A stretch of 44,971 nucleotides of DNA from Bdellovibrionota bacterium (GCA_044345405.1 JBIJBE010000028.1:1-44971); one strand, 5' to 3'; counted from the stretch's first letter, positions 28,933-38,563 are shown. The notes: generated from the sequence alone by a model not told the origin. Program-made: numbers and translations.

Positions 28933-30657
28933 ATGAAGATCACCCCTACAAAGTACCTCCTCGCTACCTGTCTCACCGCTTCTTTTATCACCTCTCCCCT
29001 CACCGGGTGCTCCAAGAAGGAGGGTGAATCTGCGACTCAACAGAAGTCACTTGCGGTCCCCTCGCTTTTAGATGCCCCCCTTCTCCAAAAGGTCCCTAAC
29101 ACCACCGCGGCGTTCGCGGTGATGGACTTTGCGGGTGATGGGTATAAGCGGTTCATCACGAGTCCGTGGGGTAACGATATGAAGGGGCTTAACGCTCTCA
29201 AATCAGCGGTCGACGAACTTGAGTCGAGCGGGGCCTCAGAGGAGCAGATCAAGGTCGCAAAGACGATCCTCGACTCCCTGCAAAAGCTCGGACTCGTTTC
29301 GCCTGAGGGCAAGTCCCAGGTAGAGAAGGTACTGACCGACGCGGTTGGCTTCCTCAGCATCAGAAAAGAGGACAAGATCCCCGTAGACATCGGCGTATTC
29401 GCTCGCGGAGTGTCCGGCGTGAACCTGGCGGATCGAGCGGCGACCCTCAAGCAAGTCCTTACGGACGCGGGACTAAAGATAGCCGACGAGCAGTTCGGAT
29501 CGACCAAGGGATTCGCCGCGACGATGCCCGTGCCTGAGGAAGAGGATGTCACGATCTCACTCTACGTCGTAGGGACGCAGGACAAGTTCGGTATGGCGTT
29601 CTCGAAGGAAGCCATCCAGGGGCTTCTCGCTGATGGCTCCACTCAAGGATTCGCCAACCTCAAAGCACTCCCTGAGTTCACCAAGGCAGAGGAGAGCGTT
29701 CGATCCTCTGAGTCCCCTCTCTCGTTCGCCTTCCTCTCGGTTAAGACCATCGTAACGAGCTTCGCGCCGGAGCAAGGTGAGAGCGACGATGCCTTCGACC
29801 CGAAGGATCTCCCAGTGACATCGGTCGCGATGGGGCAGGCATATTCCGATCAGATGGTGACATCAGCCGGTGTGACCGTTACTCCGATGAACGAACTTCA
29901 GAAGAGCGTATTCGCCGCGTTTGAGAACAGCGGCATCCCAGCGAACGCCTTTAAGCTTCCAGCCGACACGGCCGTTTCGCTCTCGCTCGACACCCGGGTT
30001 ATCAGCAAGCTTGAGAGCGCGCTCAAGAGCCTGAACGATCCATCCGCCGCGATGGTCGTTGAGCAACTCAAGAACATTCAAGGGATCACCCTTGGCCTCC
30101 GTAACGGCGACCGCACCTCTCCAGTGCCTGACATCTACCTCACCCTCGATAGCTCAGCTCGCGACCAGGTCGCGTCGACGGTAGAGACGGGAATCGGACT
30201 CGGCATGATGGCGACGGGCCAACAGCTTCAATGGAACTCGAAAGAGATCAGTGGCGCTCCTACCCGCTACCTGATGACTCCACTTGGAGTTGGGGTCTAC
30301 GTGAGCTCGCCGAAGAGTTCAAACACCCTCGTGGTAGCCTCATCTGAGCGCGCCGTGCAGGACATCGCGAGCTCAAACGGTGGAGGAGCCTCACTTGATA
30401 GCGCGATGCCGAAGGGGCTTCGAAATCGGGTCGCGGCATCATCAACTGGATCGCTCTATCTCAACTTCGTTCAACTCGGCACCGTGGTTGACGCCGTAAA
30501 GGGAACCGTCGCGTCGATGATGGGACCAAACCCAGAGCTCGATCAGGCGCTCGATGCGGAACAGCTCAGGAAGCTCGGGGTGGGCATCGGAAGTCTCTCC
30601 TACGCAAACGGAGTGTTCAAAATCCAATCGGCCTTTGAGCGGGGAGACTCCAAGTAA
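28933..30657 (+). CDS. Large lipoprotein of unknown function (DUF3352-like)
   Basis: MKITPTKYLLATCLTASFITSPLTG/C lipoprotein signal from ATG 28933; two repeated halves starting LLQKVPNTT and AFKLPADT. Confidence 0.7.
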   Translation: MKITPTKYLLATCLTASFITSPLTGCSKKEGESATQQKSLAVPSLLDAPLLQKVPNTTAAFAVMDFAGDGYKRFITSPWGNDMKGLNALKSAVDELESSGASEEQIKVAKTILDSLQKLGLVSPEGKSQVEKVLTDAVGFLSIRKEDKIPVDIGVFARGVSGVNLADRAATLKQVLTDAGLKIADEQFGSTKGFAATMPVPEEEDVTISLYVVGTQDKFGMAFSKEAIQGLLADGSTQGFANLKALPEFTKAEESVRSSESPLSFAFLSVKTIVTSFAPEQGESDDAFDPKDLPVTSVAMGQAYSDQMVTSAGVTVTPMNELQKSVFAAFENSGIPANAFKLPADTAVSLSLDTRVISKLESALKSLNDPSAAMVVEQLKNIQGITLGLRNGDRTSPVPDIYLTLDSSARDQVASTVETGIGLGMMATGQQLQWNSKEISGAPTRYLMTPLGVGVYVSSPKSSNTLVVASSERAVQDIASSNGGGASLDSAMPKGLRNRVAASSTGSLYLNFVQLGTVVDAVKGTVASMMGPNPELDQALDAEQLRKLGVGIGSLSYANGVFKIQSAFERGDSK

Positions 30658-30682
30658 GGAATCTCTTAGGTAAGGGGTAACG

Positions 30683-30710
30683 AAAATGGGGGCTTAGCCC
30701 CCATTTTTTT
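30683..30710 (+). terminator. Rho-independent terminator
   Basis: AAAATGGGGGC-TTA-GCCCCCATTTTTTT, ~25 nt after the lipoprotein stop. Confidence 0.85.
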
Positions 30711-30829
30711 GCTCTTCGTCTACCCCGTCTCCGAACTGGCATATCGAACCTGCCATTTCAGCCCCGATATTTCGAAGCCACTCACCCCCTAATCCTCATC
30801 GTAAGAGATAGTTTGAGAGATATCTTTCC

Positions 30830-31054
30830 ATGAGGCCTACCATGAATACCCTTGCTCAAGTTCTCGAAATCGCAAGCCGCCTCGATCACCTCGGCACCTG
30901 TGCTGAGTGGATCGCTCGTGAGACCGTTCATACCGACAATTCAATCTCGCAGACAGGAACTCTTATCTCCGTTCTCACTGAGGACATCCGAGAGAAGCTT
31001 ACCGCTCTTATCTCAGAGCTTGAGCAAGCGGCGGTAATGGACGGGTCGCACTAA
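30830..31054 (+). CDS. Small helical hypothetical protein
   Basis: Amphipathic helical-hairpin pattern; likely start ATG 30842 with GAGG RBS. Confidence 0.6.
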   Translation: MRPTMNTLAQVLEIASRLDHLGTCAEWIARETVHTDNSISQTGTLISVLTEDIREKLTALISELEQAAVMDGSH

Positions 31055-31188
31055 GCTCCCATCCGGGCTATCCGAGAATTTCTTAGGGGCCCCAAACGAC
31101 CTTTCAATCACTTATCGATTTACCTGATTCACTCAGGCCCATATTCCGGATATGAGTCTAGCTTCGGCGGACTTGTAAGAAGGACACT

Positions 31189-31617
31189 ATGGGCCAATTT
31201 GCTGTACAGACCCAAGACGCGCAACCACAGACACCACGCACCCTTCATCTCGTGCGTGGAGGACGGTTCAACGCTCAGGCCGCGGTCGCCACCCGCCTTC
31301 CTACCGACATCATCGTTCTCGGCTTCATCCTCGCTACCTTGCAGGTTCTTGATGGAGTGCTTACCGGAATCGGGATGGCGCAATACGGAACCTCGATGGA
31401 GGGAAATATCCTCCTCCGTTCCTTGATGACCACGATCGGTTACGTTCCCGCTCTTTTCTTGGTGAAGAGCGCCTCAATCGCTCTCATCGTTGCTCTCTGT
31501 CACCAAACCACAAAGATCACATGGCTCAAGCCCGCGCTCTACGGTGTTATGGCGCTCTACGTTATCGGAGCGGTGGTGCCATGGACCTATATCTTGGTTA
31601 CGGATCTGTTGGCGTAA
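31189..31617 (+). CDS. DUF5658-like membrane protein
   Basis: LQVLDGVLT..G......EGN.LL and FLVK motifs, 3 TM segments; AAGGA RBS. Confidence 0.75.
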   Translation: MGQFAVQTQDAQPQTPRTLHLVRGGRFNAQAAVATRLPTDIIVLGFILATLQVLDGVLTGIGMAQYGTSMEGNILLRSLMTTIGYVPALFLVKSASIALIVALCHQTTKITWLKPALYGVMALYVIGAVVPWTYILVTDLLA

Positions 31618-31737
31618 GCGCGGGCCGCCGCGCATAATCATCCCGATCTGCATCTCGGACCAAACAATAGCCACATATCGCTTTGGGGGATTACGTAAGC
31701 AATAAGAGGACGTATCCCACTGGTTAACCGACACACC

Positions 31738-31900
31738 ACGTGAACGTGCTCGTAAACGTGAACGTCGACGTCCCCGACCAAGGAGGTACCTTCGCCCGCC
31801 TTATGTTTTGGAAATCATCCTATCAAAGCCCCCCTCGGTATTACCGGCGAAGCCTACCGTTCATTTTGGGGTACGTTTACGCGCACGAGCACGTTCACGT
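31738..31900. repeat. Long imperfect hairpin / MITE-like element with ACGNNN hexamer arms
   Basis: Perfect 16-bp inverted repeat ACGTGAACGTGCTCGT (31738-31753)/ACGAGCACGTTCACGT (31885-31900); inner pairs GTAAACGT/ACGTTTAC and CTTCGCC/GGCGAAG. Confidence 0.7.
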
Positions 31901-32011
31901 TTGGATCTACCTTATCCTCACCAACTAGAAGCCCAGGAGCACCAAATAATAGACATAACCCCCAGAGTAAGGTACGGATCTCTCATCCTGCATCTCTTTA
32001 AGGTAGGTAGT

Positions 32012-32482
32012 ATGAGAGTCACGAAATGGGGAGAGTGCGGTATCTTATGCGCTCTTCACCTCGCCAAAAATTACGGAGAGGTCGCGATCGGCGCGGCTGA
32101 GATCGCCGAAAGTCAGGGGATCGATCTCCCCTACACCCAGCAGATCCTTCAACGGCTCCGTAAGGGAGATATCATCGAGAGTGTGCGTGGACCTAAGGGG
32201 GGCTACAAACTTCTTCGCCCGCCAGCGGAGATAACCCTCAAAGATATCCTCTACGCGGTAGAGGGGGATACATTCCAGGTGATCTGCGAACACTCCCCTC
32301 TCCATCCCGAAACCGATGTGCCTACGCGGTGCTCAACACGCGAAACGTGCGGACTCCATGGGGTATGGCAAGAACTTCGTGACGCCATCGACAAACTCCT
32401 TGAGGAGAGAACCCTTGAGGATCTGATCGGCAAAGAAACAGCTCATCCGCTCGTCCAACTAAACGCGCCTCACCGAACGTAA
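32012..32482 (+). CDS. Rrf2-family transcriptional regulator (IscR-like)
   Basis: EIAESQGIDLPYTQQILQRL, SVRGPKGGYKL and ITL.DI..AVEG motifs; C...C.....C..H ligand pattern; AAGG/AGGT RBS before ATG 32012. Confidence 0.9.
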   Translation: MRVTKWGECGILCALHLAKNYGEVAIGAAEIAESQGIDLPYTQQILQRLRKGDIIESVRGPKGGYKLLRPPAEITLKDILYAVEGDTFQVICEHSPLHPETDVPTRCSTRETCGLHGVWQELRDAIDKLLEERTLEDLIGKETAHPLVQLNAPHRT

Positions 32483-32530
32483 GGTCGCGAACGGACCACC
32501 GACAGTTTGCCAACCTTACGATTGGCGACC

Positions 32531-33004
32531 TTACGAGTTCGACCTCTTCCCCACAGCGGGAACGAAGCTATATTTGAAAAGTTTCGACTCTCCTCCCCGC
32601 CGAATCTCTATCGATGCCTCATCGACCCCAGCGAGGAGTCCGACGAAGCTTGGGAACTGATCCGCCCGCTTGATAAGATATCTATCTGCCGCGACCACGA
32701 CGTCAGAGCTCTGTAATCCCAGCAAGGAGTAGGCGCTACCCTCTTGCACATCGAAGAGGCGATAGGAGTAGGTCTGACTGACGGAGAGATTGTCGAATAC
32801 GGGCACAAGCCGGATGGTGTTTATCCCCTGCTGCACAAGGGCGTCCTGGAGGTCCTTGCGTTGAATGGAGTAGTGAAGCACCTTCATGGGTGGTGGAACG
32901 GGACGGATATCGTCGATAAATCTGGGCTCCCGAATAGAGGAGGCGGAACAACCAACCCCAAGGAACCCCACCGCGACCAAACATAGAGCTATCACACGCT
33001 TCAT
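32531..33004 (-). CDS. Lipoprotein with GspC-type PDZ-like domain
   Basis: Lipobox GVGC; YRLFDVQEGSAYSLLGLQSSDVVVA and IEIRRGG resemble the GspC PDZ segment. Confidence 0.6.
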   Translation of the reverse strand: MKRVIALCLVAVGFLGVGCSASSIREPRFIDDIRPVPPPMKVLHYSIQRKDLQDALVQQGINTIRLVPVFDNLSVSQTYSYRLFDVQEGSAYSLLGLQSSDVVVAADRYLIKRADQFPSFVGLLAGVDEASIEIRRGGESKLFKYSFVPAVGKRSNS

Positions 33005-33010
33005 ACGGCA

Positions 33011-33667
33011 CTAACTCCCACCAACCTTGCAAAACTTCGCGACGGAATCTCCGTCCATTCGAAGATACCTCGAACGCTCAGCTAAGACGATACCCTTCAT
33101 CTGCGCGTAGGTCTCCTCGATATCTTGATTCAGGAGGAGGTAATCGATCTTGTCGTGCTGCGCTCGAAGCGAGAGGAGCGCCTCATACTCCTGGCGAGCC
33201 GTACCGAAACGCCGCTCTAACTCAGCGGTATCAACGGGCCCACGGGCAACGAGCCGCTCCCGCAACGCCTCAAAGCTCGGTGGAATGATAAAAACCGAGA
33301 CCGTGTTATCAGGGAAGTGGGTCTTCATCGTGAGCGCGCCACGGATATCGATCTGAAAGAGGAGATCATGTCCCCCATCGATCCCGTTTTGAAGGGTCGC
33401 GCGGAGCGTTCCGTACAGATTACCGTGCGTCTCCTCCCACTCAAAAAACTCACCCCGTTCTCGGCGAGCGATGAACTCCTCACGAGACACGAAATGATAA
33501 CTCTTTCCCTGCACCTCGCCGTTCCGTGGTGGGCGGGACGTTACGGAGGTTGAGTAGTGAAGATCGTCGAAGTCCTTAACCAAACGGGAACAGAAGGTCG
33601 ACTTACCGCTCCCAGATGGACCGATCAGAACGAACAAAATCCCCTTGCGCTGCAATTCCTGCTTCAT
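33011..33667 (-). CDS. gmk: Guanylate kinase
   Basis: GPSGSGKST, TSRPPRNGEVQGKSYHFVS, HGNLYGT and FIIPPS motifs. Confidence 0.96.
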   Translation of the reverse strand: MKQELQRKGILFVLIGPSGSGKSTFCSRLVKDFDDLHYSTSVTSRPPRNGEVQGKSYHFVSREEFIARRERGEFFEWEETHGNLYGTLRATLQNGIDGGHDLLFQIDIRGALTMKTHFPDNTVSVFIIPPSFEALRERLVARGPVDTAELERRFGTARQEYEALLSLRAQHDKIDYLLLNQDIEETYAQMKGIVLAERSRYLRMDGDSVAKFCKVGGS

Positions 33668-33670
33668 ACC

Positions 33671-34579
33671 CTACTCGATGTTCTGAACCTGTTCACGGAT
33701 CCGCTCAAGCTCCGCTTTCGCCTCGACCACAAGGCCCTGCACAGCGGCGTCCTGGGCCTTCGATCCGATGGTATTGAACTCCCGTCCGATCTCCTGGGTC
33801 AGGAAATCAAGCTTGCGCCCCACCCCTTCAGCCTCACCCTTCAGCGCCTCCCGAAACGCGGCGAGATGAATCCCCGCTCGTGAGAGCTCCTCGGAGATAT
33901 CAATTCGGTCACTCAGGAACGCGACCTCAGCGGCGAACCGTTGATCATCGGCGCGAACATCGGGGGCGATCAGACGAATCCGCTCCACCAGTCGCTCCCG
34001 TAAACGCGCGGGCGCGACAGCGCTCATCCCTTGAATAGCGCTCACCTGTCCCTCAAGGATCTCAAGACGCTTTGAGAGATCGCCGTGAAGAGCGGATCCC
34101 TCACTCTCTCGCATTACGGAGAGAGCTTCGCTCGCCTCGTCCATCACCCGAAGGAGAACCCCGACCTCATCCTCCGGAACGAGGGAACTTTCATCAACGA
34201 GGTTTCCCTCACGCAGGATTACCTGTCCAATAAAAGCTCCAAGGGAATCCGTAGAGACCCCGTATCGCTTACACGCGGCGCCGTACAATTTAACGTAGCG
34301 ATCGATAGACGCGGGAAGAACCTCGGCGTCACCACCATCTGCGACCGGGCGCCGAGTGATCGAAACCTCAATTCGTCCCCGACGGTGGAGACGTTGGAAG
34401 ATGTTTTTGATATCCCGCTCAAACGATGAGTAACAACGGGGGCCTTTAACGACCACGTCAAGGAAGCGGTGATTAACGGATCGCACCTCAACATCGAGTT
34501 CGACCCCGTGACCACCGAAGGACACGCGGGAGAAACCGGTCATGCTCCGCACCATTCCTGACCTCTTTTTCGCCGTCAT
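33671..34579 (-). CDS. yicC: YicC/YloC family endoribonuclease
   Basis: RSMTGF, RSVNHRFLD, DISEELSR and GRKLDFLTQEIGREFNTIGSK...REQVQNIE motifs; ATGA overlap with the upstream stop. Confidence 0.93.
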   Translation of the reverse strand: MTAKKRSGMVRSMTGFSRVSFGGHGVELDVEVRSVNHRFLDVVVKGPRCYSSFERDIKNIFQRLHRRGRIEVSITRRPVADGGDAEVLPASIDRYVKLYGAACKRYGVSTDSLGAFIGQVILREGNLVDESSLVPEDEVGVLLRVMDEASEALSVMRESEGSALHGDLSKRLEILEGQVSAIQGMSAVAPARLRERLVERIRLIAPDVRADDQRFAAEVAFLSDRIDISEELSRAGIHLAAFREALKGEAEGVGRKLDFLTQEIGREFNTIGSKAQDAAVQGLVVEAKAELERIREQVQNIE

Positions 34580-35598
34580 ACCTTGCCGCTGCCCCACTTC
34601 TCGATCTCATCACGGAGACGCTTCACGTCCACCGCCACGGTACCGATCTCTGATACGACGATACCGGCCGCGATATTCGCGAGTACACCCGCCGTGGTTG
34701 GCGACGCGCCCACCGCGAGCGCCGAGCAGAACAACGCGGTTACGGTATCTCCGGCGCCGCTCACATCGAATACCTCCTGCGCCATCGTCTCAAGATGAAC
34801 ACCACGATGCTCGCCCGCCTGCTTGACGACCATTCCATCCTCTCCAAGGGTAATGACCATCATCTCCGAGTTCCACTTACGCATGAGGAGATCCGCCGCG
34901 GCGTACGCGTCCTCAATTGAATTTATAGCGTGGCCAGAGGCTATCTCAGCCTCTTTCCGATTCGGCTTCGCGACGCTCATGGAGCGATAATTGTTGTAAT
35001 TTCTTGGATGAGGATCCACGAAGAGCGGACGAGCTGCGAGCTCAAGTCGATGGTCCGCGCTCGCGCGTTGCAACACATCAAGCACAGCGGAACAAACCGC
35101 GCCTTTGCCGTAGTCTGAAAGGATAACTGCCCGACTCCCCTCGATAGACCGATTGATCGCCTCGACCATCTTATTCGATGCCTCAGGGGAATCGCCAACC
35201 TTCTTCTCACGATCAATTCGAACGATCTGCTGCGTAGCGGCGATCACACGGGTCTTAACGGTTGTTGGGCGCGTTTGGTCTACCACAACCCCGTCGACGT
35301 TAACCCCCATCTCTTTGAAGAGCTTGGTTAGGTCCCTACCATCTTCGTCGTCACCGACCAATCCACACACGATCGGCTTCGCGCCGATGGCGGAGAGGTT
35401 CCACACCACGTTCCCCGCGCCCCCGAGACGATCCTCAGTCTTTACCACCTCAACAACCGGCACCGGAGCCTCAGGAGAGATCCGTTCGACCTTGCCCCAG
35501 ACGTACCTATCGAGAATTAAGTCCCCGACGACCAGGATCGGCGTCCCCGCGATCTTATCCAGGGTGGCAAGAAGCTGTTCTTTTTTGATGGCTAGCAT
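34576..35598 (-). CDS. rfaE1: D-glycero-beta-D-manno-heptose-7-phosphate kinase (stand-alone RfaE domain I)
   Basis: VGDLILDRY, RISPEAPVPV, LGGAGNV, SDYGKG and VFDVSGAGDTV motifs; no adenylyltransferase domain. Confidence 0.92.
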   Translation of the reverse strand: MLAIKKEQLLATLDKIAGTPILVVGDLILDRYVWGKVERISPEAPVPVVEVVKTEDRLGGAGNVVWNLSAIGAKPIVCGLVGDDEDGRDLTKLFKEMGVNVDGVVVDQTRPTTVKTRVIAATQQIVRIDREKKVGDSPEASNKMVEAINRSIEGSRAVILSDYGKGAVCSAVLDVLQRASADHRLELAARPLFVDPHPRNYNNYRSMSVAKPNRKEAEIASGHAINSIEDAYAAADLLMRKWNSEMMVITLGEDGMVVKQAGEHRGVHLETMAQEVFDVSGAGDTVTALFCSALAVGASPTTAGVLANIAAGIVVSEIGTVAVDVKRLRDEIEKWGSGKV

Positions 35599-35668
35599 GG
35601 GGAAGGTTATAGCAAGGGAGTCCCCCTTGCGCTACCTGCATCACCGCCGCCTACCTATAAAAAGTGAA

Positions 35669-36703
35669 CTAATTGGGGCGGATAGCGAGCCGCAGGCGCT
35701 CCAAAACCGCGTCAGGACTAATCAATCGCATACAGAGCTTATCCAGCCCCGGACATACTCGACGACGACACGGCGAGCACCCGATCGAGCTCACCACAGC
35801 GAGCGCTTCACTCCCACGAGGAGCGTTTCGACCCGCTGGGGTGGGGCCAAAGAGGGTCACGTGAGGAACTCCGAGAGCACCGGCGATATGCCCAGGTCCC
35901 GAGTCAGGGCCGACACAGGCGCGCGCGCCGTGGATTATCCCCACAAGCTCTCGAAGGGTTGTCTTACCCACGGCGTTCACGATACGCGCCGGTGATGGCA
36001 CCTGCTCAAGTTGCCGAGCCATCTCAAGCTTCGAGCCATCCCCAAGCAACACAACCGTTTCAATACCAGGGCCGCTGAATCGCTCAAGGAGCCCCTGATA
36101 CCCTTCAAGGGGCCAATCCTTGGAGTATCGCGAGGACCCGAGGATAAGCCCCATGTAGGGCCGCTCCAGGATAGTGGGCCATTCACCGGCAAGAGACTCA
36201 CGCGTAATGTGTGACAATCCGGCGTCAACGACATCGGGAAGCGAAAGACCGAGCGCCGTTACAAAACTGAGGTAGTGATCAATCTTCGAAGCACCGTCAC
36301 CACGCGACTCGATGTACTCGGTGTTAAAAAACCAATTCCCCTCCTTGGTGTCATCTGGATGGAAACCGATGCGACGGGGAGAGCCTGACAGCCATGAAAA
36401 GAGGCCGCTCTTCAGGTGCCGCTGCATATCGAGGGTAACATCGAACGTGCGAGCGTTGAGCGCCTTACGAAGCGCGAGAACGCCTCTCACTCCTTGCTTA
36501 CGTTGAAAGACGAGCACCTCGTCAACGCCCGGGTGCAATGAAACCACCCCAGCGCTCGCCGGTTCTACCAGCCATGTAATGTGGCTTGTTGGATCGCCTC
36601 GCTTAATCGCGTTCACAACGGCCAGGCCGCGAACGACGTCACCCAGAGCACCCAAAAGGATGATAAGGATTCGGCGTTTCGAGGCCGACGAGCCATCACT
36701 CAT
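35669..36703 (-). CDS. GT9 LPS heptosyltransferase (WaaC-like)
   Basis: LGALGDVV, ITWLVEP, KDWP, DSGPGHIAGALG and LFGPT motifs. Confidence 0.88.
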   Translation of the reverse strand: MSDGSSASKRRILIILLGALGDVVRGLAVVNAIKRGDPTSHITWLVEPASAGVVSLHPGVDEVLVFQRKQGVRGVLALRKALNARTFDVTLDMQRHLKSGLFSWLSGSPRRIGFHPDDTKEGNWFFNTEYIESRGDGASKIDHYLSFVTALGLSLPDVVDAGLSHITRESLAGEWPTILERPYMGLILGSSRYSKDWPLEGYQGLLERFSGPGIETVVLLGDGSKLEMARQLEQVPSPARIVNAVGKTTLRELVGIIHGARACVGPDSGPGHIAGALGVPHVTLFGPTPAGRNAPRGSEALAVVSSIGCSPCRRRVCPGLDKLCMRLISPDAVLERLRLAIRPN

Positions 36704-37442
36704 GATAACTCCGAAGCGTTAATGACATAACCTCGGTGAGTACCGGAGAGAGCTTATGTTTGATAACCGCTCTACGCCACCGACGAAGGTAGAGCTCGCG
36801 CAGTCGCTCAGCGCCACCTTTGAATTCATGAGCTTTGTCGAAGTCAACTATGGAGACCCGCCCGCCTTCCTGAACGAGTACGTTCCCAGGGTGAAGATCA
36901 ACGTGAAAGATCTTGTGATTGATAAGCGAGAGGACCTGCTCACCAAGCTTCGTCATCGCCTCGTGTAGGATATCCGCGTCCTCTGCTTTGCCACTCCTGC
37001 TCACCTCAGCAAGGTTACGAGAGCCAGCGATCTCTTCCATAAAAAGCCATGTGCTGTAGAAGAACGAGCCCTTGTTCACGAAAAGCATCGGCCTCGGCGC
37101 GTTGATGCCTATCTCTCGCACACGCTCAAGCATCAGGAACTCTTGCAAGGAGCGAGAGGGGCCCACACAAAGAAAGCTGCCCCCCGTCACGTGACGAAGC
37201 AATCCACCATGCGCGTACTGCTTGACGAACACACGCCCAAGCCCCTCAACGGTTTGAATTCCGGTATATCCCCTCCCCGCTAAGACCCCACGCGGGGCGT
37301 CGTCCGGCACATTTCGCATCAGCTGTACGATGCGGGTTGCGACCTCATCCGAGAGATGCTCCCGGCCCCCAATCAGGTATGGACCACGAACTAATTCCTT
37401 CATCGGCGCGAGATCGGTTTTTTCTATCGGATTTGCTTGCAT
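36696..37442 (-). CDS. Kdo kinase-like LPS kinase (KdkA/InaA family)
   Basis: GRG, KQYAHGGL, RSLQEF, FHVDLHPGNVL and IVDFDK motifs; sits between two GT9 genes. Confidence 0.8.
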   Translation of the reverse strand: MQANPIEKTDLAPMKELVRGPYLIGGREHLSDEVATRIVQLMRNVPDDAPRGVLAGRGYTGIQTVEGLGRVFVKQYAHGGLLRHVTGGSFLCVGPSRSLQEFLMLERVREIGINAPRPMLFVNKGSFFYSTWLFMEEIAGSRNLAEVSRSGKAEDADILHEAMTKLGEQVLSLINHKIFHVDLHPGNVLVQEGGRVSIVDFDKAHEFKGGAERLRELYLRRWRRAVIKHKLSPVLTEVMSLTLRSYHE

Positions 37443-37446
37443 GCTC

Positions 37447-38550
37447 TTATGACTCTACTACGGGAAGATACTGCGGCTGTCGGCGGCTCCCCATTTCTCC
37501 CAAAAATCCATCAACGGCGCAAACCACTTCCGTCGCGGAGACCCCCGTCATACACAGTCGGGTTCCGGTTGGACACGAACGACCTCCGTGGCGGTGACAC
37601 GGTTTGCAAAAGAGATCCCGCTTTTCCAGAACGACGGAGCGATTGCGCCACGGGCCAAACCCAAACTGAGGGGATGTGGCGCAGAAAATGACGACTACCG
37701 GGGTCCTCGTCGCGGAGCTGATATGGAGCGCGAGACTATCGTTACAGACAACACACGCGGCCCCACGAATAAGGGATATCAACTCCGCAAGTGTGGTTTC
37801 TCCGCAGAGGTCGTCCACATCGAGCCCCTCACTCACACGGCGCGAGGTCGGCAGGTCGGCCTTCGCGCCCACTATCACGACACGAACGCCGCGACCGCGG
37901 TAGGTCTTTGCTACCTCGCGAAAGCCTTGAGCGTCCCACTGCTTGGTTGGCCACGCGCTTCCCGGCGCGAGCACAACGTAGGGCTCCCCACTGCCGGTGA
38001 TAGCGCTCACTCGCTGAGAAGGCCGCTCTCCGTCACTCTCTGGAACCCGAAGATCAGCCCACGGCGCGTGGTCATCAGGATCGAGACAGAGCCGCTCGAC
38101 CTGGTGACGGGACACATCGTCCAGCTCGTTTTTAATCAGATCGACCGTCCGAAGAACGTCGTGAACCCCAACTCTCTTCGGCACGCGATGAGTATACAGA
38201 AAGCCCAGAGAGGCGCCGGCGTATCCAACACGCTCAGGAATACCGGCGAGCTTAAGGAGGAGCGCTGTTCGGGGCGACCCGTGAAAGGCATAGGCAACAT
38301 CAAACTGACGTTCTTTAAGGGTCGCCGCGAAGGCGCGTAGACCCGAGAACCCTCGGTGCTCCTTGCGTCGATCGTACACGATTACATCGCTCACGAGCGG
38401 ATCGCGACGAACAAATTCAGCGGTCGCAGGTGTGCAGAGTACGGTAATAGAGCTGGTCGGTCGCGATCGAGACAACGCCGAGAGGGTCGGCGTCATAAGG
38501 AGGATATCACCAAAAAAACCTTTCGGTATGAGAAGGATGTTTCTCTTCAA
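37447..38550 (-). CDS. GT9 LPS heptosyltransferase (WaaF-like)
   Basis: FFGDILL, APGSAWPTKQW, CNDSLALH and CKPC..HG...CP motifs. Confidence 0.88.
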   Translation of the reverse strand: MKRNILLIPKGFFGDILLMTPTLSALSRSRPTSSITVLCTPATAEFVRRDPLVSDVIVYDRRKEHRGFSGLRAFAATLKERQFDVAYAFHGSPRTALLLKLAGIPERVGYAGASLGFLYTHRVPKRVGVHDVLRTVDLIKNELDDVSRHQVERLCLDPDDHAPWADLRVPESDGERPSQRVSAITGSGEPYVVLAPGSAWPTKQWDAQGFREVAKTYRGRGVRVVIVGAKADLPTSRRVSEGLDVDDLCGETTLAELISLIRGAACVVCNDSLALHISSATRTPVVVIFCATSPQFGFGPWRNRSVVLEKRDLFCKPCHRHGGRSCPTGTRLCMTGVSATEVVCAVDGFLGEMGSRRQPQYLPVVES

Positions 38551-38563
38551 CTCGGACCCCTTT

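Noticed and set aside
30737-30755. Possible sigma54 promoter TGGCATATCGAACCTGC
   Set aside because: GG-to-GC spacing is 12 nt rather than the required 10.
31740-32011. 62-aa ORF 31740-31928 and the 68-aa extension of Rrf2 from 31808
   Set aside because: Both are translations of the hexamer foldback element; Rrf2 homology starts at ATG 32012, which has an RBS.
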